In this document: positions 1 to 6,545 of the stretch, one piece after another
How positions within the stretch are numbered: position 1 is the stretch's first letter
Layout: each line of letters begins with the position of its first letter
Origin: Octopus sinensis
Taxonomy: Eukaryota
Assembly: GCF_006345805.1 (NCBI RefSeq)
Contig: NW_021829236.1
Coordinates: 1-6,773 of the forward strand
DNA length: 6,773 bases
Reading direction: 5' to 3'
Position numbers and translations under genes: made by a program
Notes under the pieces: model-generated
Databases searched by the model: none
What the model was told of the DNA's origin: nothing
What the model saw: the letters and a program-made list of their open reading frames with translations, nothing else

Positions 1-126
1 TTCGGCCTTGTGCCAATGTTAGGGAACTATTTTAAATGCTAAATATCACAACACTTCAACACTTCAACAAGATAAATCCAGTCTGTTATCCTATCCTGTG
101 TGTTATACTAAACAGACAAAATACAC

Positions 127-237
127 CTGTTTTGTAAACCTCATATTTAGCCATCATACGCGCCACGTCGTAAAGCGCAGTCATTGAAAATTTTAGCAAT
201 GAGAGCTCTTCGCTTCTACGGTGAACTCCGTTAAGTT
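127..237 (-). other. Candidate coding exon or degenerate ORF of unknown product
   Basis: Minus strand: acceptor-like TTTTGCCGCAG| (AG at 239-238) and donor-like ACAG|GTGTAT (GT at 126-125) bound 111 nt, phase 1-1, stop-free: (E)LNGVHRRSEELSLLKFSMTALYDVARMMAKYEVYKT. The frame stays open 253->86, and an adjacent frame is open 437->231. No protein family recognised. Confidence 0.25.
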
Positions 238-398
238 CTGCGGCAAAACATCTTCATGAAATCGTGCATACTTTGCTTAGCCGTCACATCACAAGACTTG
301 GTAGTAAGACCAAACGTTTGCTGATATTTATAACAGTCTATGTAGTCAGCTGTAGACATGAATGCCCACTCGTCTTTCTTATTCTTGATAGTAAGCAG

Positions 399-416
399 AA
401 TTGTTCGTAACTCGAA
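399..416 (+). repeat. Left target-site duplication of the dimeric SINE
   Basis: AATTGTTCGTAACTCGAA (399-416) vs AATTGTTCGTACTTCGAA (828-845): 16/18 identical, directly abutting both ends of the element. Confidence 0.85.
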
Positions 417-827
417 TGCGGCGAGCTGGCAGAAACGTTAGCAAACCGAGCGAAATTCTTAGCGGTATTTCGTCTGTCTTTATGTTCTGAGTTCAAATTC
501 CGCCGAGGTCGACTTTGCCATTCATTCTTTCGGGGTCGATTAAATAAGTACCAGTTACGCACTGGTGTCGATATAATCGACTTAATCCGTTTGTCTGTCC
601 TTCTTTGCCCACTCTATGTTTAACCCCTTCTGGGTAGTAAAGAAATTTCGTCTGCCGCTTCGTTCTGAGTTCAAATTCCGTCGAGATCGACTTTGCCTTT
701 CATCCTTTCGGGGTCGATTAAATAAGTACCAGTTACGCACTGGGGTCGATGTAATCGACTTGATCCCTTTGTCTATCCTTATTTGTCTCCTCTATGTTTA
801 GCCCCTTGTGGGCAATGAAGAAATAAT
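417..827 (+). mobile_element. Dimeric tRNA-derived SINE (full monomer 417-644 plus 5'-truncated monomer 645-827), Octopus-type
   Basis: A-box-like TGGCAGAAACG at 427-437; B-box-like GTTCAAATTCC at 491-501 and 669-679. 467-644 is repeated at 645-822 (period 178, ~23 substitutions, ~87%). A-rich/(AAT) tail; flanked by TSD. Confidence 0.9.
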
Positions 828-845
828 AATTGTTCGTACTTCGAA
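828..845 (+). repeat. Right target-site duplication of the dimeric SINE
   Basis: 16/18 match to 399-416. Confidence 0.85.
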
Positions 846-981
846 CCAAATGCCTTGTGGCATTTCATTTGGCTTTCTACGTTGTGAGCTCAGCATTGCC
901 ATTCATCTCTGGCAATTACTGGAGATGATGTAATCGACTCGTTCCCTCTCCACAAAAATTACTGGACTTGAATTTTGGAAC
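846..981 (+). mobile_element. Old, decayed SINE related to the 417-827 family (its 5' end lies at ~393-416, split by the younger insertion)
   Basis: Rejoining the empty site gives GCAGAATTGTTCGTACTTCGAACCAAATGCCTTGTGGCATTTCATTTGGCTTTCTACGTTGTGAGCTCA, colinear with GCAGAAACGTTAGCAAACCGAGCGAAATTCTTAGCGGTATTTCGTCTGTCTTTATGTTCTGAGTTCA (429-495). TTGCCATTCAT and GATGTAATCGACT also match the young SINE. Confidence 0.7.
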
Positions 982-1221
982 AGTCCGGCGTCTATTTTAA
1001 GGGCAGTGTTGTGATCACGGTCATTGAAACATCAAGGAAACCGGGCAACTGACTTTATGAGTCTTCGGGTCCAAGGAAAATAAATGTAGTTACGGACAGC
1101 CATAATCCTCCGGTTTTTTTTTCATCCTTTGACCAAGATATATACCGAGGATGTGATGTAATATCTGGTGGGATAGGAAGCTGCAGCATACAATAATACT
1201 GGCCTGCTATTTGGTTATTTG

Positions 1222-1338
1222 TACTTGAGTAAACTGGAGCAAGGCGAAATGAGGGGCCTTGCTCAAGAACAAAAGAAGCCACCTCGTCCAGGAATCGAAC
1301 CGACAACTGTACCATCGCGAGCTCAACTTATTCTCCAC
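1222..1338 (-). mobile_element. Decayed tRNA-derived SINE 5' fragment (A-box region deleted)
   Basis: Perfect B box GGTTCGATTCC on the minus strand (1301-1291). GTCCAGGAATCGAACC...CGCGAG...CTCCAC parallels the head of the 1392-1782 SINE (GTCTGGGAATCGAAACC...CGCGAG...CTCCAC). Confidence 0.7.
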
Positions 1339-1391
1339 AAAGCTACGAATCTTCCCTTAGCAAAAATGAGTGGATATATTGGATATGTAGT

Positions 1392-1782
1392 TGGATTGGA
1401 AGCACTCCGTCGGTTACGACGATGAGGGTTCCGGTTGATCCGAATCAACGGAACAGCCTGCTCGTGAAATTAACGTGTAAGTGGCTGAGCACTCCACAGA
1501 CACGTGCACCCTTAACGTAGTTCTCGGGGATATTCAACGTGACACAGAGAGTGACAAGGCCGGCCCTTTGAAATACAGGTACAACAGAAACAGGAAGTAA
1601 GAGTGAGAGAAAGTTGTGGTGAAAGAGTACAGCAGGGATCACCACCATCCCCTGCCGGAGCCTCGTGGAGCTTTTAGGTGTTTTCGCTCAATAAACACTC
1701 ACAACGCCCGGTCTGGGAATCGAAACCGCGATCCTATGACCGCGAGTCAGCTGCCCTAACCACTAGGCCATTGCGCCTCCAC
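1392..1782 (-). mobile_element. Full-length tRNA-derived SINE (tRNA-Arg-like head, Octopus-type), ~391 bp, with 11-bp TSD
   Basis: Minus strand starts GTGGAGGCGCAATGGCCTAGTGGTTAGGG. A box TGGCCTAGTGG (1770-1760), B box GGTTTCGATTCC (1727-1716), 3' stem-loops and a TCCAA-type tail. TSD GGATATGTAGT (1381-1391) vs GGAAATGTAGT (1783-1793), 10/11. Confidence 0.92.
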
Positions 1783-1901
1783 GGAAATGTAGTAACATAC
1801 ATACAAAATACGTGCTGTTTATGGCTGGAATAAATACTTTTGCCCAAGTTGTTACACAATTAGACTGAACTCGGAAACATCCTTTTTAACATACAACCAT
1901 G

Positions 1902-2810
1902 CTCTATGCTGACGACCTTGCTCTAATTGCTGAGTCACTGTCAGAACTAGAGGAAAAGTTTCAGGTTTAGAAACAAGGATTAGAATCGAAGGACCTTAGA
2001 GTCAACCTAGCTAAAACCAAAGTTCTAATAAGTAGGAATGCAAACAAACCACAAAACCTTCAGGTAGATGGCCCTGCTTTGATCTGTAGAAAAGGTGTAG
2101 GTAGAAACTCTATAAGATGCACACCCAGTGTAAGCTATGGACACATGAGATGTGCAGCAATATCAAAGGCACGCTAACTGGGAAGATTTTCTATGTGGCA
2201 GATGCTCAGGAGCAATAATGTGCAGAGAACATCTTCCGCCACATTCCAGGGAGAAAAACTAGAAGTAGTTGATAGCCTCCGTTAACTAGGTGACCAATTC
2301 AGTAGCGGGGATGGGTGCTCTGAAAGTGTAGCTGCAAGAATAAGAATAACCTGAACAAAGTTCAGAGAGCTCTTACCTCTGCTTGTGACAAAGAGCTTCT
2401 CGCTCAGAGTAAAAGGTAGACTGTATGACGCATGTGTACGAACAGCCATGCCATATGGCAGTGAAACATGAGCCATGACTGCTGAAGATATGCGTAAGCT
2501 CGCAAGGAATGAAGCCAGTATGCTCCGATGGATGTGTAATGTCAGTGTGCATACTCGACAGAGTGTAAGTACTATCAGAGAAAAGTTGGAGCTAAAAAGC
2601 ATTAGATGCGGTGTGCAAGAGAGATGACTGTGCTGGTATGGTAATGTGGCGAGGATGGATGAGGATAGCTGTGTGAAAAAGTGTCACACACTAGCGATTG
2701 AAGAGGTGGTGAAGCACGACCTTCGAACATTAGGCCTCACCGAGGCAATGACTATTGACCGAAACCTTTGTAAATATGCTGTGCTTGAGAAGACCCGGCA
2801 AACCAAGTGA
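1902..2810 (+). pseudogene. Reverse transcriptase (LINE ORF2) pseudogene fragment with PHD-like insertion
   Basis: Frame of 1902: LYADDLALIAESLSELEEKFQV*KQGLESKDLRVNLAKTKVLISR... NVQRTSSATFQGEKLEVVDSLR*LGDQFSSGDGCSESVAARIRIT*TKFRELLPLLVTKSFSLRVKGRLYDACVRTAMPYGSET*AMTAEDMRKLARNEASMLRWMCNVSVHTRQSVSTIREKLELKSIRCGVQER*LCWYGNVARMDEDSCVKKCHTLAIEEVVKHDLRTLGLTEAMTIDRNLCKYAVLEKTRQTK*. Premature stops at 1968, 2283, 2352, 2469 and 2625; several frameshifts in 2040-2217. Confidence 0.9.
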
Positions 2811-2940
2811 GACCATAACCCGTGGCCTATGCCAAGGGTGTAACTATCCCAATTATGCGTACCTTTCCTTCATTGGACACCAAACTCTGCTTCCGAAGAC
2901 ATGTCGAGGCAAGTGAAATCGAAATAGAAATCAAATTCGA

Positions 2941-3222
2941 TGACTTGCATCCGTGCCAGTGGAGCGCTAAGAGCACCATCTGAGCGTAATCGTTGCCAGA
3001 GCAGCTGACTGGCTTCCGTGCAGGTGGCACGTAAAAGGCACCATTTGAGCGTGATCGTTACCAGCGTCGCCTCACTGGCACTTGTTCCGGTGGCACGGGA
3101 AAATCAACATTCGAGCGAGCTCGGTGGCAGTACCGCTGGTGGCACGTAAAAAACACCATTTGAGCGTGGCCGTTGCCAGTACCGCCTGACTGGCCCTCGT
3201 GCCGGTGACACGTAAAAGCACC
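2941..3222 (+). repeat. Tandem ~65-bp repeat (4 units plus a partial one) in the LINE 3'UTR
   Basis: Units start with GAGCG at 2982, 3047, 3113 and 3162 (65, 66, 49, ~61 nt), with a partial unit at 2941-2981. Consensus approx. GAGCGTGATCGTTGCCAGTACCGCCTGACTGGCnnnCGTGCCGGTGGCACGTAAAAAGCACCATTT. Confidence 0.88.
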
Positions 3223-3334
3223 CACTACACTCTCGGGTGTGGTTGGGGATAGGAAGGGCATCCAGCTGTAGAAACTCTGCCAGATCATATTGGAGCCTGG
3301 TGCAACCATCTGGTTCGCCAGTCCTCAGTCAAAT

Positions 3335-3366
3335 CGTCCAACCCATGCTAGCATGGAAAGCGGACG
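3335..3366 (+). promoter_or_regulatory. 3'-terminal stem-loop of the LINE (putative RT recognition element)
   Basis: CGTCC-aac-CCATGCTAGCATGG-aaagc-GGACG: a perfect 14-bp palindrome (3343-3356) inside an outer CGTCC/GGACG stem, 6 nt before the (GAT)n tail. Function is inferred from stringent-type LINEs. Confidence 0.6.
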
Positions 3367-3372
3367 TTAAAC

Positions 3373-3550
3373 GATGATGATGATGATGATGATGATGATG
3401 AGGATGATGATGATGATAAGGATGATGATGATGATGATGATGAGGATGATGATGATGATGATGAGGATGATGATGATGATGATGATGAGGATGAGGATGA
3501 TGATGATGATGATGATAATGATAATGATGAGGATGACGATGATGATGATA

Positions 3551-3584
<34 letters not shown>

Positions 3585-3610
3585 GGATGATGATGATGAT
3601 GATAATAATA

Positions 3611-3641
<31 letters not shown>

Positions 3642-3758
3642 GGATGATGATGATGATGAGGATGATGATGATGATGATGAGGAGGAGGATGATGATGATG
3701 ATGATGAGGAGAATGATGATGAGGATGATGATGATGATGAGGAGGATGATGATGATGA
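3373..3758 (+). repeat. (GAT)n microsatellite, expanded LINE tail
   Basis: ~386 bp of GAT triplets with GAG/AAT/GAC interruptions, directly after the LINE 3' end. Confidence 0.97.
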
Positions 3759-3831
3759 ACTGCTAACTTTGAGACATAGTGGGATACAATTTTCGATCTA
3801 ACAACAAAAGTAAACACACACACAACATATT

Positions 3832-3980
3832 AGATGCAAGAATGACTGTGGATGAGAAGTTTGCTTCCCAACCACATGGCTCCACGTTCAGTCCCTCTCC
3901 ATGGCACCTTGGGAAAGTGTCTTCTACTATAGCCCTAGGCCAACCATAGATTTGTGACTGAATTTGGTAGACGGAAACTG
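3832..3980 (+). mobile_element. Decayed tRNA-derived SINE, 5' portion
   Basis: B-box-like GTTCAGTCCC at 3886-3895. 3938-3980 aligns 33/44 to the reverse complement of 5907-5950, i.e. the same family in opposite orientation. Confidence 0.7.
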
Positions 3981-4089
3981 CAGCGTTGTTCATCAGAAAA
4001 TCACCGAGAAACATGTTTCTAAAGAAGAGTTATGCTGTAGTTATGACTTTAGGTCAGAACAGCCGGGCAACGCCGGGTCGCATTGCTTG
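3981..4089 (+). mobile_element. Possible non-autonomous Helitron 3' end
   Basis: GC hairpin CCGG-GCAACG-CCGG (4063-4076), then ~9 nt and CTTG|T (4086-4090), a degenerate CTRR|T terminus. No TC 5' end or Rep/helicase seen. Confidence 0.35.
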
Positions 4090-4670
4090 TATGTATTTAT
4101 GTATGTATGTATGTATGTATGTATGTATGTATGTATGTATGTATGTGTGTATGTGTGTATGTATGTGTGTATGTGTGTATGTATGCATGTATGTATGTAT
4201 GCATGTATGTATGTATGTATGCATGTACGTATGTATGTATGTATGTATGCATGTATGTATGCATGTATGTATGCATGTATGTATGTATGCATGCATGTAT
4301 GTATGTATGTATGTATGTATGCATGCATGTATGTATGTATGTATGTATGTATGTATGTATGCATGTATGTATGTATGTATATATGTATGTATGTATGTAT
4401 GCATGTATGTATGTATGCATGTATGTATGTATGTGTGTATGTATGTATGCATGTATGTATGTATGTATGTATGCATGTATGTATGTATGCATGTATGTAT
4501 GCATGTATGTGTGTATGCATGTATGTATGTATGCATGTATGTATGCATGTATGCATGTATGCATGCATGTATGTATGCATGCATGTATGCATGTATGTAT
4601 GTATGTATGCATGTATGTATGCATGTATGTATGTATGCATGCATGTATGTATGTATGTATGCATGTATGT
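4088..4670 (+). repeat. (TATG)n tetranucleotide array with CATG/TGTG variants
   Basis: ~583 bp of nearly indel-free 4-nt periodicity. Confidence 0.97.
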
Positions 4671-4891
4671 ACATACACACGGGTATGTATACATACTCAG
4701 TTATATATACATAAACATACAAATGTTTGTTTTTCTCTGCATAGGAGTACCATTCTTGTAATTAACTTAGTAAATGTGAAAATGATCGGAAAAAGAATCT
4801 CATACTCGGAATACGATCTCTCGTTCGTAAATACACCCTTACTATGTTACCATTCATTTTATAAAGTCACGGAACCATACAATCATGTAAA

Positions 4892-4962
4892 TATACATTC
4901 CTACATACGCATATACAGGGGTTGGACAAAATAATGGAAACATCTTAAACCTTTGCACATCA
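4892..4962 (+). repeat. 71-bp exact direct repeat, copy 1
   Basis: TATACATTCC...TTTGCACATCA is identical to 5511-5581 (offset 619). Confidence 0.95.
4916..4962 (+). mobile_element. Tc1/mariner-like terminal fragment (solo TIR end), copy 1
   Basis: TA|CAGGGGTTGGACAAAATAATGGAAACA: TA target dinucleotide followed by a CAG-starting, Tc1-like TIR sequence. No inverted partner or transposase in the window. Confidence 0.55.
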
Positions 4963-5510
4963 TTTATGTATGTATGTATGTATGTATGTATGTATGTATG
5001 TATGTATGTATGTATGTATGTATGTATGTATGTATGTATGAATGTATGTATGTATATATGAACGTATGTATGTATGTGTGTATGTATGTATGTTATGTAG
5101 GTATGTATGTATGTATTTATGAATGAATGTATGTATGTATGTATGTATGTAGTATGTATGTATGTATGTATGCGGGTTGTATGTATGCATGCATGTATGT
5201 ATGCATGGCCATGTTGCATGTAGTGGTATGTATGTATGTGTGTGTATGTATGTATGTATTATGTATGTATGTATGTGTGTATGCGTGTATATATGCATGT
5301 ATGTATGTATGTATGCATGCATGTATGTATGTATGTATGTATGTATGTATGTATGTATGCATGCATGTATGTATGCATGCATGTTGTATGCATGCATGTA
5401 TGTATGTATGTATGTATGTATGTAGGTATGTATGTATGCATGCATGTATGTAAGTATGTATGTATGTATGTATGTATGCATGTATGTATGTATGCATGTA
5501 TGTATGTATG
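4963..5510 (+). repeat. Second (TATG)n array, more degenerate (indels)
   Basis: 548 bp of TATG/CATG units with several register-breaking indels (e.g. TATGTTATG, TATGTAGTATG). Confidence 0.97.
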
Positions 5511-5581
5511 TATACATTCCTACATACGCATATACAGGGGTTGGACAAAATAATGGAAACATCTTAAACCTTTGCACATCA
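5511..5581 (+). repeat. 71-bp exact direct repeat, copy 2 (contains the same Tc1-like end at 5535-5581)
   Basis: Identical to 4892-4962. Confidence 0.95.
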
Positions 5582-5608
5582 ATCGCCGGAGGATTTTTAG
5601 GGGTCTAT

Positions 5609-5721
5609 GGATGGAAGCACTCCGTCGGTAACGACGATGAGGGTTCCGGTTGATCCGAATCAACGGAACAGCCTGCTCGTGAAATTAACGTGTAAGTGGC
5701 TGAGCACTCCACAGACACGTG
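5609..5721 (-). mobile_element. 5'-truncated copy (3' 110 nt) of the 1392-1782 SINE
   Basis: 5612-5721 matches 1397-1506 at 109/110 positions. Confidence 0.93.
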
Positions 5722-5742
5722 AGGGTCATTATAGAATTGTTT

Positions 5743-5962
5743 GAAACCTTCTACTCATTCTATCGGTCACTTTTTCCGGGCCGCTAAGTTACGGAGACGT
5801 AAACACACTAACACCGGTTGTTTAGCGACGTCGGGATGGGGGACAAGCATAGACACGAAGGCACACACACACACACACACCACATATGCATACGGCGTGG
5901 TTCCTTCAGGTTCCGTCTGCTAAATCCACTCACAAGGCTTTGATCGGGCCGTGGATATTATA
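5743..5962 (-). mobile_element. SINE internal/3' fragment with internal (CA)n, same family as 3832-3980
   Basis: Reverse complement of 5907-5950 is 75% identical to 3938-3980. Internal (CA)n at 5862-5880. Boundaries approximate. Confidence 0.65.
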
Positions 5963-6341
5963 GGCCAATATGAATAAGCTTGCATTTTCAAAAAAAGAAA
6001 AATCCACCAACTGTCTCGAATATTATAAACAGAATCTGTAAGTGGAAGAGTAAAAGTATGCATGACTTTTCCCAAGTCTACAAAGTGACATTTTTGTTAT
6101 CTATATTCCAAATATACAACTTTGCACCTTTGTTAGAAATCAGTTTCTTCGTCAGAAGAAGAATTTAGATACTTAAAACAGGAGAGAACACACATAAGTG
6201 TACAAGGTGAGAGCGTGAAGGAAAGAGATTTCTTTATATAATTCTCTGTAGGTCTCTGCTCGTGTAATGCAGAAGTTTGGCATGACATAATTTAAAATAC
6301 ATTTGGAAAACTATATGACTATCAATATATGTACATAATAC

Positions 6342-6361
6342 ATATATATATATACTTATAT

Positions 6362-6404
<43 letters not shown>

Positions 6405-6434
6405 TATAATATATATATACAAAGTATATGTATA

Positions 6435-6513
<79 letters not shown>

Positions 6514-6545
6514 TATGTATATATATACAATACATATGTATATAT
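6342..6545. repeat. (TA)n microsatellite
   Basis: Interrupted TA array with a pure (AT)31 core at 6450-6511. Confidence 0.97.

Larger units (their letters stand above)
1902..3372 (+). mobile_element. 5'-truncated RTE-clade non-LTR retrotransposon (LINE): RT C-terminal half plus 3'UTR
   Basis: Begins at the RT catalytic motif LYADDL, followed by RTE-like VNLAKTKV, ...R*LG (YLG), T*TKFRELLPLL, KGRLYDACVRTAMPYGSET*, MLRWM and R*LCWYGNVARM; stop at 2808-2810. Then a structured 3'UTR ending in a (GAT)n tail. No TSD found. Confidence 0.92.

Noticed and set aside
49-68. Short (ACTTCAAC)2.5 duplication
   Set aside because: Ordinary slippage-size tandem duplication with no further support.
1700-1782. 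Functional tRNA gene
   Set aside because: A and B boxes are present, but no proper acceptor stem or canonical 7-nt anticodon loop is evident, and the sequence continues into a SINE body with tail and TSD.
2282-2602. 106-aa minus-strand ORF
   Set aside because: Antisense shadow of the LINE RT pseudogene.
1968-2627. Targeted G-to-A hypermutation of Trp codons in the RT
   Set aside because: TGG->TAG/TGA and CGA->TGA are the commonest routes to stops under neutral decay; five stops are too few to infer editing.
2941-3222. CRISPR-like appearance of the palindromic repeat array
   Set aside because: Units are contiguous with no unique spacers, lie in a LINE 3'UTR in a eukaryotic context, and no cas genes are present.
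3329-3823. Poly-His and poly-Met ORFs
   Set aside because: Translations of the (GAT)n tail in different frames; no unique coding sequence.
4892-5581. TRIM / mini-LTR retroelement
   Set aside because: The repeats lack a shared TG start, and no PBS, PPT or flanking 4-6-bp TSD is present.
3964-5653. Many long MYVC/HTYI-repeat ORFs
   Set aside because: (TATG)n has no stop codon in any frame, so these ORFs are expected artefacts.
5599-5731. TSD around the truncated SINE (GGGGTCTAT vs AGGGTCATT)
   Set aside because: Only 6/9 match, too poor for an element that is 99% identical to its sibling.
6241-6290. Acceptor-like TTCTCTGTAG|G suggesting a plus-strand exon
   Set aside because: All three frames stop within 15 codons and no convincing donor follows.
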